Of a stretch of 64,000 bases of DNA, positions 41,517 to 54,961 are shown piece after piece. Position 1 is the first letter of the stretch; every line of letters begins with the position of its first letter. This stretch comes from Sphagnum compactum. Its lineage: Eukaryota. Under the pieces are notes generated by a model. That model searched no databases, was not told the origin of the DNA, and was given only the letters and a program-made list of their open reading frames with translations. Where the stretch lies: the NCBI GenBank assembly GCA_965153455.1, contig OZ234493.1, positions 7,740,213-7,804,212 of the forward strand. Direction: 5' to 3'. Made by a program: the position numbers and the translations under genes.

Positions 41517-42526
41517 TGTAACAAAGGAAAGGGTATGTTCTATAGGTTCTACGTACCCGTAAAACATACCCTTTCCTTTTTAGGGTTTAGGGTCTAGACA
41601 CGAGAGGTCAGTTTGTAGGGTCGGTTTATATGTACCTATAAAACATACCCTTTCCTTTTTAGGGTTTAGGGTCTAGACACGAGAGGTCAGTTTGTGGGGT
41701 CGGTTTATATGTACCCATAACACATACCCTTTCCTTTTTAGGGTTTAGGGTCTAGACACGAGAGGTCAGTTTGTAGGGTCGGTTTATATGTACCTATAAA
41801 ACATACCCTTTCCTTTTTAGGGTTTAGGGTCTAGACACAAGAGATCGGCTTGTAGGGTAGGTTTATATGTACCTATAAAACATACCCTTTCCTTTTTAGG
41901 GTTTAGGGTCTAGACACGAGAGATCGGTTTGTAGGGTAGGTTTATATGTACCTATAAAACATACCCTTTCCTTTTTAGGGTTTAGGGTCTAGACACGAGA
42001 GATCGGTTTGTAGGGTAGGTTTATATGTACCTATAAAACATACCCTTTCCTTTTTAGGGTTTAGGGTCTAGACACGAGAGATCGGTTTGTAGGGTAGGTT
42101 TATATGAAGGCAAAGGAGGGGGCTATGTTGAGAACCTTCCCGGATTCGAGGGTACATGTCGTAAGGACCGTTCCAGAGATGTTGAGTGAAAGATTAGTCA
42201 CTGAAGGTTCAAATTATAAGGCCTTCTCTTCGTACTTTGAAACATGTCCAATTTTGATGACACCTTGGCTAGGACCTTCCAATACTTGTAAGGTCTTTTG
42301 TATAGCCTAGTTGGTACCTTATGTTAGATTAAGGTGTCCTCCATATACATTAGGGCATAAAATCATTGTTATAAGGAATCATGTTACTCATGTTTATGTG
42401 TAGGGTAAAGCCCTTGGGGGTGAGCATATTCTCAAAATATAAGGGGCCTACTAAGACTAAGGGAATAGCCAAGCTTGACAACATTTTAAGAATATCCCCT
42501 CACATTGTGGGCTTTACCCGTCGTCA
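41517..42526. mobile_element. Probable solo LTR (~1010 bp) containing the 79-bp tandem array
   Basis: Begins TGTAAC, ends GTCA and is flanked by AGTT on both sides (41513-41516, 42527-42530). It has an internal TATA-like ttataa near 42215 and an imperfect inverted repeat gggtaaagccc..atattct / agaatat..gggctttaccc near the right end. Confidence 0.55.
41561..42106. repeat. Tandem array of ~7 x 79-bp units, each containing TTTAGGGTTTAGGG
   Basis: Unit starts at 41561, 41640, 41719, 41798, 41877, 41956 and 42035. Unit: aaaacataccctttcctttttagggtttagggtctagacacgagag(g/a)tc(a/g)gtttgtagggt(c/a)ggtttatatgtacctat. Confidence 0.97.
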
Positions 42527-44379
42527 AGTTATGAGGCAAAGGTTATCACTAAACCCTAAATCCCAAACATACCTAGATTCTTAAACATACCTAGATATCA
42601 CTAAACCCTACATCCTAAACATACATTAGAACACCTATGATTCTTAGTTCTTGCATCAATTTTGTGAAAGGGGAGAGGGGTCTTACACCTATAAGGTAGG
42701 GATAATTTCCCTCTCACTCTTAAGGGAGTAGGTATAAGATCCCTCCCTCTTTCTAGCAATGATATTTCTGGATATAAGGTGCCCTACAAATGATACTAGA
42801 AAATTTCTTTGAATGCTTTATGTGATTATATTTGTTTGACGGGAACTTAATGGGTACCACCGATGTGTATCTATCTAACCCAAAAAGAAAAACATGAGTT
42901 CATTGTCATGGCAAATGAATGAACAACATCAAAATCCCATTTTGCTTCATGTTACAAATGGGGCAATTAAAGGCATATAAGAAAAGGTGTACTTCTAATA
43001 AGGGCATATAAGGAAGAGATAAATAGATAAGTGTATATTTACTTGTAAGTCAATAGAAAAATGTATGTTGATTTTTGGTTAGGGTTAAGAGTTTGTATTG
43101 AACATGAGAGGGATCCACTTCCATGGGCATTTGGCTAAAAACTTTTTTGTCTAGTTCATATTTTGATGTTGTTGTGTTAACCAAATTTTCCTCACAATTC
43201 AAAAATATTCTTCACATCAAAGCACTTTGCTACAAAGTTTTCCAATCCTTGATTAGAGGTTAACCATTGCAATGTGTTTCTACTTGTCAAAATGATTTAA
43301 TATTACGTATTCCATGAGCATATGACTTTGGGTTGGGTTTGTTGTAACTTGTATCTGGTGCCAATGAAACAAATGCTCCCAAAAAAAAAACCTAAAAATC
43401 TGCCATTTTATGAGATGAGAAAGAAGACAAAAATTTTAATTTTGCATAGTTCAAATGTTCCATTTCAAGTTTTAACAATAATATACTATATACAATGACC
43501 CTAAGGCATGCACAACATAAATAACAATATCTTAAACTTGACCAATACCTTTACCCTCATGATATAGCCAACACCAAATACCATTGCCCTAAATGTAAAT
43601 GAATATTTACTTTCTTTCTAAAGGTAAATTGCTTCAAAGAATCCTTATTAGGTGGTGTGAAACTTTATCATAAGGGTATTGAACTCACCATCCAATCCCA
43701 ACATTAGTGTAATATATTGTATGTTCTTACAACATTACATAACCAAATCCATGCTTGAATGGTTATGGCATGGCCACCCATCCAAGCAACAATGTCACAT
43801 CCATGTGAAATTTTGTGAGAAAATCTCATTTTCACACTAATTGTGGATTCAATATGTAGTCATATTTGTGCATGACAAAAATTAATTTTGGAAAAGGAAA
43901 AATGTCAAATGAAGGTCCAATACAATGCCCTATTCAATTCAATCCAATGATTAAGATGCTCCAAGTACATATTTTTGGTAACATATGAAATGCCTAGTTC
44001 ATTTTTTATTGGTGAAATTTCGAGGAATACAAGCAAAAAGGGTGACAATCCAAACACAATAATTAAGTTTTTAAACTCAAAATTCAACTGAGGGGGAATT
44101 CTAATATGTCTAGTATAATTAAGGATAATTGATGTTGCCAATTGCAATATATCATGTTTTCTTTCCTTGAGGAACCTAATGAAAATGCATGTATGGAACA
44201 TATGCCTAAACAAGGTGATGATACATAATATCGCACTTGCATTTTCAACATTGATTGAAAGAAATGTCGATTTGTGAAGTTATTTTTACAAACAAGAAAC
44301 AAACAAAAATATGATTTTAGGAACTTGGTTCATCATCATGACAAAGTGATTTACATTGTGCATGCCAATGATTTTTTTA

Positions 44380-44645
44380 AAAAAAACTGATGTTGTGTCA
44401 TTGGTTAGTATCCCAAGAAGGATTATGCATTAAATGGCCATAAGTTTTTAGAACCTATCTAAATAGGTTTTTAAAATAATTTAAAAATACTACCCAAATT
44501 AAAATCAGAGTCCAAATGAGGTGCAAAATTTCGAAAATTTGACGATTTTTTAAGAAAAAATGGGGATATTGCAACAAAATATTCCCTTTTTATTTGTATT
44601 TTTTTGCATTTTGGCAAAATTTCACACACATAAAAAATGCTAGTG
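44380..44645 (-). repeat. Dispersed AT-rich repeat, inverted relative to the copy at 53890-54245
   Basis: The reverse complement shares gaaattt..caaaatgcaaaaaa..aatatt..caatat and cttgggat..aatgac(a/t)caacatc with 53890-54245. Confidence 0.65.
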
Positions 44646-46062
44646 CATGTGTGTATTTATGTGAATGTTGTATATGTTTGAGTTAATGTGTGAGATTAGA
44701 TGTTGAAATAATGGTTTTGCGTAGTGCATGGAAGACATCCACCTTATTTACACCATAAGTTTCCATGTATATAATATCTTGAGATATTTTATCTCGATCA
44801 TTATGTGTTAAACAAAATTCATCCACAAATTTGGGTAACTTTGAAAGTTGAACTCATAAAATTCATGTTAGTGTTGTGCTGTGTGAAATTGTCAAGTTCA
44901 AGCATAAGATCCAAAAATTTATTTGAGAATGGGAAGCGCGAGTCATATTTGGTCATTTAGGTGTTTCACAACCATGGGTGGTGACGTTATTCAAGGATTG
45001 ATGGCTGATTCTCAAATCAAGAAATCTTCAAAGCTCTATGCACAAGCTATACTACCTATGGGTTGCCCCATAATGGACAACAATAGTGATTTCTTTGGAG
45101 TGACCATTCTCAATTTGTCAACTTTGGTGGCTTGGACCTTGAGACACATGTTGATGTGTCACTAGGCAAAATTGAGCATAACATCTTCCCTAAATGCAAA
45201 AGATGAGAGTGAGAGAAAAGAATACCAAACATTATCTAGGTCATGTCACATTGCAAAGAGGAGTCCAATGGTATTAGGTGATTGACTAACATAGTAGCCA
45301 TTTATCCCATGTTTCTACTTGATTACACATTGATGATTCGCTACATCCCCAAACAATCAAAATCCAACTCTACCGATGAACGACATCCATTAATGCAACC
45401 AAGCAAATTTCACAAATTAGAGTCATTCAATCAAGTATGTCTAGTGACAAAAGCAATGATGAATATTTTCCCTTGCACATTACACAAAATTCGGTGTCAA
45501 GCTTGTGATTTCCACAAAGAACCATATCTATTGGTGGTCATGGAACTTTGCCCTTCTGAGGGTACATATATAAGAAGGTGGTGAGAGGACAAGGTAGGTA
45601 CTATGGCTAACAACTTTTGCTTCTTGAAATTTGGTTTCATGACCATCTTTGGGGAGCAATGAAATGTGCTATGGTTCATGCATTATGGGCATAGAAAGGT
45701 AGACCCAAAAAGCTCGACATACCACATGCAATGTATTCAAGTGCAAAATAAATCCTTCAGCTTCAAGAAGATCAAATGTTAAGCTTAGAATCAGATATCA
45801 TAAGCATAGCTGCAAGGTGCCAAAATATCGGGAAACTGAAGCTCATATTGTTAACATTGTATTGAAGGTTAAAAAAGTCAAGGGTAAAGGTTTATTCCAA
45901 AACCCAAAGCAATTTCATTGTTACATACACCACACAGCACAAATGCAACAACTGAAACCCCAAAAAAAAAAAAAAAAACAGAAGGAAAAGAAAGCAACAC
46001 ACAGCAACAAAACAATTTCTCTAGTGTTGCAGGTATTTTCTTGAGATATGTCTCCTCCATAT

Positions 46063-47262
46063 CTACAAAAGCTCAGATAGGGTGGGAAGTTTGATGCATC
46101 CTTTTTTGTGAAGAGGGATGTTGAATTCTCCCACAATCGGAAGGTTGACCTTCACCCCGACATCAAAGTCATAATCGATGTCCCAGTCTGACCCAATTTC
46201 TTTCATCAGGTTGATCAGGAAGTCATATGACACTTCGGACATTACCTCTGTCACTGTGGCAGCACTAGCTGCAACGCCTCCAACATCCGAAAGTGTACCT
46301 GATGTGATCTCCCTGAGCCACAGGAACACAAGCAAAAACAATTCACTTCAAATGACAGTTGTGATCCACAACTAAAAACCAGGCAAGCTCCAAATTCTCA
46401 ATATGATTGTAAGACTTGGGTTTTCATCTAGTTTCCCATGTAACAAAGTGGGAAAAGTTTACTATTGCAACAGGAATCTGACAAATGGTACAAAAGTGAG
46501 ATGAACCCTGAAATTGAAAACAGAATTATCATCAATGAACATAATAATCAAACTATGAACAAACCAAATCAAACCAAAGACTGACTGATGCAAACATACA
46601 TCAAGGTTACACAAAGACTGAAATAACACAAAACCCCAATGGAAACACCAAAGACTGAAAGCATGGACTTTGTTGAGAACATGACAGATCTGAAACCAAA
46701 AAGGCATGTGATGTGTTTTGGAACTTTCTTCAGACAAATCGAAGCTACATAGATAAAAATCTTTGTCTGCTTAGAAATTTCTCACATAAACTCTGGACAT
46801 GGTTTTATATCTTCAATGACAGAACCCCACATGCATGGCCTGGTGCAAACAAGGTGTTTTTTTCTCCTTTTAATTTGTGGGATCAAGAACCTTTTTTTTG
46901 TTTTAGAGCCCTTTTTTTTGCTGGTCAAGTTAGTTTCTACCAGAAGAAAGATGAAAGACAATTCTATGTATCAAACTAAGATCAAAAGAAAGGACATATA
47001 TATATATACTCATAAATAAAAATGATATTTACAGGGAAAAGATGAACACCACGTACTTGTCATTGCTCCTGAGAAGGTAAGTGATTTCAATGAGAGGAAG
47101 CTCATGGTCATAAGGATTGGTGACGGTGACATCACTCTTGAGCTGCACAGCACTAGTAGTGGCATGTTTGATATGCACATCAGTGAGATCAGCACTGGGC
47201 TTGGGGATGTCGGCTATCTCATCTGCAACCCACTCTTTGGCATCATTTATGAGCCCAGCCAT
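46063..47262 (-). CDS. LEA14: Late embryogenesis abundant protein, LEA_2/LEA14 (WHy domain), 151 aa, 2 exons
   Basis: Exons 47057-47262 and 46063-46312 join in frame: MAGLINDAKEWVADEIADIPKPSADLTDV..VTNPYDHELPLIEITY..EITSGTLSD..DWDIDY..VNLPIVGEFNIPLHKKGCIKLPTLSELL, the canonical LEA14 pattern. Confidence 0.95.
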
Positions 47263-47593
47263 AATGGAAAAACAAATTCTCAAATAGAGAGAGACACAGA
47301 GAGCGAGAGCTTCAGATTTCACAATACCCCACAAAAAAACAAAACAAAAAAAAAACCCGAAAACTAAAATCTCTTAGAGCTTAAACTAAAATCCCTTAGA
47401 ATTCTAAGAGATCCTTCTCCCCTGCTCAGTTCTTGATCAGACTTTTGCTTGAATCTGGAATTGGGTAATTGGGGATATGTATGCAACCAGCAAGACATAC
47501 ACAGAAAGAGAGAAAGCTTTTGTATATAGATAAGGAAGAACCTTCAAGGGTCGAAGAAGATTTTGGGAGGATATATAGAAATTTAGAGTCTAG

Positions 47594-47594
<1 letters not shown>

Positions 47595-47624
<30 letters not shown>
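47595..47624. repeat. (TG)n microsatellite in the LEA 5' region
   Basis: About 15 TG units directly visible. Confidence 0.95.
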
Positions 47625-47628
<4 letters not shown>

Positions 47629-48017
47629 GGAGTGTGTGTCAATAATGCAGATCATGTAGGTAGTACTCGAGAAAGAAAGGTGGGGGAGGTGCAGGTAGGA
47701 TCAGAGAGAGGGGAAGACTATATAAAGCAGAGAGATTGGGGGGGTTTTGTGGGGGAGGAGGGGAGAAGAAGTTTCCATGATAGGAGCTTTGCAGGTTTAG
47801 ACTTATTGGAGCAACAACATGTGGCATATCCCCACCACACGAACAACAAACAACAAAGTGAGGAAGGAAAAACAAAGACCCAAAAAAAGCCATGAAAACT
47901 GGCAACACACTTTCTCTTCCTGTTCTTTTCTATAAAGAGAGCATCTGCCTAGTCTCTCTCTACTGCCCTTGCAAATTACACAAAACGCTGTTACAAACAA
48001 AAAGAGAGGTAGAAGAA

Positions 48018-48178
48018 GATCATCCATACAAAGATTTAGCCAAAGTGGTGATCATCCATACAAAGATTTAGCCAAAGTGGTGATCATCCAAACAAAGATT
48101 TAGCCAAAGTGATGATCATCCATACAAAGATTTAGCCAAAGTGATATTCATCCATACAAAGATTGATTTAGCCAAATC
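48018..48178. repeat. Tandem array, 5 x 32 bp
   Basis: gatcatccatacaaagatttagccaaagt(g/a)gt at 48018, 48050, 48082 and 48114, plus a degenerate fifth copy. Confidence 0.95.
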
Positions 48179-51100
48179 TGACTAATACACTTCAAATGAA
48201 ATACAAATGAACTTCATATGAAGGGGACCATTCTGGGGATTCAGGTCCTGTGCCCAGCTCCCACCTTACATCATGGGAGTCCTAATATGTAAGCTAACCT
48301 ACCTAATGAAGAAATCTGGCAACTTCTATTTTAAAGACTTGAAATGAGGCCATATGAATCCACCTTTAGTGAGGCCTTTCTTAATGCCCATATTTAGCCT
48401 AAGAAATATTAAATTTTGTTTGGTAGGGTAAAGCCCAAGGGAGGGTGGGCATTCCCCCCCCAAAATCACATCTTCCTAGGGTCCCCATTGTGGGAATGAC
48501 CCCCCCCCACCCATGAGCTATAAACATCATAAAACACAAGGCAAAGATCATCATGAACCTAGCTAGATATATGTAGATCAAGAGGCTTAAGAGAGGAAAC
48601 CTTCTTATGTCTACTCCTCATGCATATAAGTAGGTGTGAAATCCCTTTCACTCTTAAGGACTAGGAAAAATATCCCTCCTCTTTTCACGAGGGATATTAG
48701 ATGCCCTTTTGAATACAATTCAGAAATTCCTCTCTCCAAGTGCTTTTAAAGACCCCATGATCTGATTTTAGTCTTACAAAACACATTAATAGTATGAAGA
48801 CCATTCATTTTCTCCTTTGTATTTAAACTTGTTGGCACAAAATGAAAGTGAATCATAAGATCTCAACCTAAACAAAATATACTTAAAATGGATACCTTTT
48901 TTATTTCAAAGAAATGTATATCAAATTGTAGTTTTGAATTTTGAAATCTAAAAGAAAAGTAAGGCATAGTTTAAGCAATAAGCAAATTAGGGCATACAAT
49001 GTATAAATTTTTTTATTAAAGCATATTACTCAAGCATGCCCAACTAACCAAAATGTTGTTGCCTAATGCATTAGGTATGAAAATCGCAAATATTATTTAG
49101 ATCAATTTAAATGACTAACGATGCTATAATGACATATATCATATTCTCCAATCGGATTCAGCAACAAACTGTTGAATAATTGATTAAATTTTAAATCTCA
49201 ACTTCGGCACTTGGTTTTTTAATTTTGACTTTTTTAATAGATAATGGTTATAAAAAACAGCAATCACATTCATTTTAAGTTTATGGGATAGGCTAGTATG
49301 TTTAAATTGTTTCACTTTTAAGTTCTTGAACTTTAAGGTTTGCGGTTCAAACTTGACAATTGAAATCTTGTAGATTCTTAATTTAATTAAAAATTCAGCA
49401 CAAATAATAAATATTATTTCAAACATTCAACAAATTTTTTTTAAAGAAAATTATGCTGAAATCGTTCAGGTACTACGATATATGCATTAAGTATAACCAT
49501 GATAAACAAACATTCATGATATTTATAAATCAAAATGTCCTTTTTTTCTTTCAAAACATTAATTACCCAACTTTTTTTGTATTCTCATTTTTTTTTTCTT
49601 GGGCAATTTAAAGTTAGTTACCCAAAGAGGTGATGACATTCCTTTTTCCTCTTTTGGATGTTAGGCATGTTTTATTTTTATGTTATTTTTGTTTTTCCTT
49701 TTTTAGGGTCTTTGGTGTGCCATATACGTAAGAGGTAATACAAATGTTGACAAAAAGATTGTGATAAATTTCCATGTTGTTTTTGGAAAAAAGAATATTC
49801 ATGTTTCATGTCATGTACGATACTTACATATATATGCCCATTTAACCACTATTGGAATATGTGTTAGGTTCCCTAATCAACACATTCTGGCCTTGGCTTT
49901 AAGTTAAGGATTTCAAATTTTTTATTATTAATGTAAGATGCATCAAATTCTTTCCTAACATGGTTAATTTTAAAATTTTATTTAATTAATTCAGTTATGG
50001 ACAACGGACATTAAATTTGCAATGTGCATAAGGTATAACATTCTTGATGAATTAGTAGACTTGTCAAATGATTTGTGTAATAATCAAAACATGAGGAAGA
50101 AGATAAAACTTCAAAGGCCATAAGAAAACAAATGAAACAAATATGAGTTGGAACAAAAAAAATAAACAAAAACTACAGACAAACTTTCATTTTGAGAACT
50201 TATAAATGCATGTGCTCTTCATGTTTGTATCATTGCAAACATTTTTGGAATATGTTCCTATATCTTTTGGTCACAATTGTTTCAAATGTGAAGATGTCAT
50301 ACCTTTTAGAACTTTGATGTACCCATGAGTCATTTTGAAAAGCTAATACAATTCATCATTGTTGTCTAACTTCTTGGAACATGAAGGGTTGATCATCTAT
50401 CACATTCTAAAATGCCCAAAAGCTATGAAAGCTTGTGTTCCATAAGTTTTGTTTCAACAATAGAGGTTTTTTCATCTTCGTGTATGGTAGGAGGGATTGG
50501 GATGCATTTACAAGCCAATGCATTCCATTCACTCTTTGCTTTCTTTTTTCATTTCATTTCAACTTTGTTCAAGTGTTTTCATTTTTTCAAATCTCATCAC
50601 TCAAGATGATTGCATGTATTCGCAATGGTCAATGATTGGAAGTATGCTATAAGCTTTTGGGGACGCCCACCTTTGGGCCACTTTGACAAATAATTTGTGC
50701 GGGAATTCCATATGACCTTGGAGGTAGTTGCGATATTTGTAAGGTCCTTCTTTGCAAAACTCAATGAGGCACTTGAACTTGTTCAATTAATTCTCATCCA
50801 AAGCCCATGCCACACACCCTTCTTACACAATATCAAGTTGTCCACAATCACCAAGAGGTTGAGGGGTGGGAGAGGGGGTAGGCAAAATGCCATGTTTGCA
50901 ATCAAAACAAAACTCATCACATCATTAGGTACAACTAAAAAAACATATAAGAAAAATCCTCACACATCATCAAGCATATCTTTAAGAAATAATTATGTCA
51001 TGTATAACATATTAAGAAATTTTCAATTGAAGAAATGACTATGTGACATGAAGGATTCAATGCATAAAAGCACAAGCATATGATTTGAAAAGAGAAACAA

Positions 51101-53362
51101 AAAAAATATGTAGCAAACATGGGTTTTAAAAAGTAATAGAAGGAAAACATAAAATAAATCTAAAAGTTTTAGATTTATAAAAACTGAAATGTTTCACAAC
51201 CACAATTCCAAAATGCAACATGACATTAAATTTTTTTTTATGGATTGTAGGCCATCCGACAATTGAATTATACACAATGTAACTTGTATAAAATAAATTT
51301 GTGTTGACACTTGAACCACTACAATCCTTAGTTTCCTTACTTTGATTTCAAAAGTCAAAGTTTGATTCAATTTTTTGTAGGGAAAAAAAAAAGAATTATG
51401 CCTTTTCAAAGCACCAAATTTGGCACATTCAAATTTGTGCATCAGGAGGAATGTTTCCTAAACTGAAAAGCCAACAAACAAAAAGTGGACATGAATAAAG
51501 CTTCTCATGAATTTTTTTAAAAAACCTCCAAAAATTTGCAAAAGGAAATGACAAAAACCTTTAAAATAATTTAAATGGAAATTTTGTGTGGTGAGCTTGC
51601 TCACCTACAAATATCATGTTCCAACCAAGTTCAACAAATGAGGAATAGTGCAAGATTTTGGAGTTGCAAAAGATGACCATAATTTTGAAAAAATTTAAAA
51701 AGAATGTGTGTTTTTTTTTCTTCTGAAAATTTTATATTTAAAAACAAACTAAATTGGAATTTTTTTTGGAAGTTCATATTTTTCTAGTGTAAATTCAAAA
51801 TTTTTTTTTTTGTTGTTTCTTTAGAAAAAAAATTGCCAACTTTTTGATATAAAAAAACTGAGAAAAAAAAACCTTAGTTGTAAGGTATGAAGTTCACTTT
51901 CAAACATCATCTCAACGATGTCAAAAACAACATCACCACGACAACATTGCTACAACATTCATTGTTGTGGTGTTGTGATTACAATTTAGTGTTGGGTGGT
52001 TCTTTGATTTTTTTCAAAACTCAGAGCTAGTGCTTTCATTTTGGTAATTGAAGAAAAGATTGCAAAAAAATCTTCTTCAGAAAAAGGAGAAAAGGGCAAA
52101 ACCCTAAACCTAAAAAAGAACCAAAGGGCACCAAAAGTGCAGAACAAAAGGAGGCATCAAAGAACAAAGGATAATAAGCAAGCATTGAAATACACCACAA
52201 GCACATAACAAAAAAAACAATGCACAACAAGGTGACGACTAAACTCATCTTAAATAAAAAGAAACTAATCAAATCTTCATTAACGAAAAAAACAAAACAA
52301 ACTCAATAAGTAAGTAGAATGATGCACATTAACCATCCTTTTTATTCTATTAATTAATGAAAGAAACAAACAAGTTTGTGATGCCTCTTCTAATAAACTC
52401 AAATTATTATTATTATTTTTTCTTCTAACCCTACCTACCAACCTAAACCTACTTCTCACTAATCACTAAAACCTTGAGCTTATTATGTTTTAATATCTTG
52501 ACAAGGTATCAATTTTTAAAAAAATTTGAAATTCAATCGAACGTTTGTCAACCCAATAAAAAATTGAAAAATAAGTTTAAAAAAGAAATGATCCTTAATG
52601 ATGCTCAAAAGATATTCAAGATGAGAATTGGTTTGAAACCCTAATTGATTTCTCAACTTATTAATTTATTTATACTTGTTCAACACTGATTCGAATGATG
52701 ACACATAAAAAGGGAAAGATTCAAAAAGCTTCAAACTTTTGAACAAACTCCCCAAATTAACTTTTATTGAGATCTCAGCCCGAAAGAATTCAAGTAATGA
52801 AACTCTAAGGTTATTAGTTATGTCAATGCTTGTTTGTTTTTCACTATCGTCAACATGTGTCCATAGCCTTGTAACATGTGTAAGCCATAACGAATTTTCA
52901 GCGAGTTGCTGCATTTTGGTCAGAATTTTTCATTTCTTCCACACATACATCATATAATAAATTTTTGTGCACTTCTCGTTAGTAGTTGATTTGTGACAAA
53001 ACAACAAATTTTCTTTGTCTTAGGTCTTCTTTGTCATCATCATTGGTCGTCATTTTGTAACCATGGGCCTTATTTGCATAAGATTTTTTTCTTAATTTTT
53101 TCTTGATTGTTTGCTTTTGTTTTTTTTTTTTAGGTTGATTTTATTTGTGCTCTCATTTGCCTTGTACTTTTGATGAATGGGTTCCCGTCCTTGATTTTTA
53201 TATACAAGGGTTTTCCTTCTATTAGTTCTAATTCATTGTTGAACAACTAAAAATCCCACCATGAATGGGAGGAAGAAGGTGAAGAAGGGGGGGAGGGAGG
53301 GTGAACGAGCAGTGGGCACCTCTGCCTATATACCTTGCCCCCTTTATAAGGTCACCTTCTTG

Positions 53363-53820
53363 AGGGCCACAGTGAACCACCACCGACCAGCCCAGCGCAC
53401 CATGAAGGATGAATGATAAGTGATCAGGAAACAGTTTTCTGTTGGGATCCAGTTCCCAAGATAACCATCATGGTTAGCTCAATTGCTTCTTTTTTCAAAA
53501 ACTAACCAACCTAGTAACAACCCTACAAGCAGATTATTAGTAGGTAGGTGGTAAAAACAGCCCTTACCTATGTATAAACCATTACATATAGTTAAAGGAA
53601 GAATGAAGCTTCCCCTTAATCCGGACGGACAGTAGCTAAACCATCTACTTGTGTAGTAGTTATCTATTTTCGTACCTATAGACCCATTTCTTACAGAATT
53701 TGGTCACCAAGGTGAAACCATATACTAACTCAGTTGGGTTTCATCCACAACTGAGTTACCTAATAACATTCATCTAGTGGATGGTGCGTTGGTTGGTCAG
53801 TGCTGGTTCACTGTGGCCCT
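53363..53820. mobile_element. Mutator-like MITE (458 bp) with ~40-bp TIRs and ~9-bp TSD
   Basis: TIRs agggccacagtgaaccaccaccgaccagcccagcgcaccat and atggtgcgttggttggtcagtgctggttcactgtggccct; flanks accttcttg / tccttcttg (8/9 match). Confidence 0.8.
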
Positions 53821-53889
53821 TCCTTCTTGAGGAAGGGCCTCTATTAAGTTAGGCTTTTTATAATGTACATGGAAAAGTTAGTGCTTGCA

Positions 53890-54245
53890 GCAGTGGTTTT
53901 TCTCGCATGCGAAATTTGCTCAAAATGCAAAAAATATAAAAAGAAAAATAGAATAATATTCTGTCACAATATTCTGATTTTTTTCTGGCCAAAAAAAAAA
54001 AAACATCAAATTTGAAGAAAACAAAAAAGAGAATCTGTTTTTGAAAGAATTTTTTTGCCACAATTGGACTCTGGTTTTTTTTTTTAGTTTGGTAGCAATT
54101 TTTTAACTAGTTTTTTTTTTTTTTCCAACTTTTTATATAGGTTCTAAGAAAATGGTGTCACCCATTTAATCCTAAAACCCTCTTGGGATGCAAGCAAATG
54201 ACTCAACATCTGAATTTTTGAAAAAATAAAATAAAAATCACTCAC
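53890..54245 (+). repeat. Dispersed AT-rich repeat/MITE-like element (related to 44380-44645)
   Basis: Short inverted termini agtggttttt and aaaatcact; homologous to the 44380-44645 copy. Confidence 0.6.
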
Positions 54246-54887
54246 TTGCTTGCGGCCAAGTGGGTTGGCCACTGGTATGCCCTAGATTTGCCCTTTTGCC
54301 ACTCGAGCTTTCTTTCAATGACAGAGGTAAGGATTACTCAAAATTCAATATCTTCTTTGCATGCACATTAGGTCTAAAAATTATGAAATCACTTTCATAA
54401 AATCAAATCAAATCCTTCCTCCCCATTGAGCACTTTTCAACAATAACATCCGTGCACCCCAATTGCCCTAAAATGTTTGATTTTAATTTGATTAAAATTT
54501 TCAAAGTCAAAATTGTTCAATATTCAAAAACTCCTTCCCTAATGGTCTAAACATTACAAAATGTACAGGGGATGGATGCATGGGTGGCGGGGTTGAGAGA
54601 TCTCAACATGACAAACAAAACAAACAAACAAGCTTCCTTAATAGATAAAACCCAAGTCATGAAAGTTGGGCTCTTGAGGCACCCCCTTGGGGAGATCTCA
54701 AGGTGCCAAACAAAACACACAAATCACCTTCCTTAATGGATAAAACAAACAAAACAAACAAACTCAAACTATGATTTAGTCAGAACTACACTGATAAACT
54801 TCTGTTTGCAAAAAATAATCACCCCAAAAATTATACAAGAGAAAAAAAGAAACCCGTGCATAAGCACTTTGCTTTCAATCAGTTGAT

Positions 54888-54961
54888 CAGACGAGGAACT
54901 GTTGGACATTGAGTGAAGCTTCTTAGACAAGGAACTGTTGGACCTTGAGTGAAGTTTCTTA
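54888..54961. repeat. Tandem duplication, 2 x ~36 bp
   Basis: agac(g/a)aggaactgttggac(a/c)ttgagtgaag(c/t)ttctt occurs twice. Confidence 0.9.

Noticed and set aside
41561..42106. Regularly spaced repeats resembling a CRISPR array or a telomere
   Set aside because: The whole 79-bp unit repeats with no unique spacers and no cas genes; only two heptamers per unit, and genes continue on both sides.
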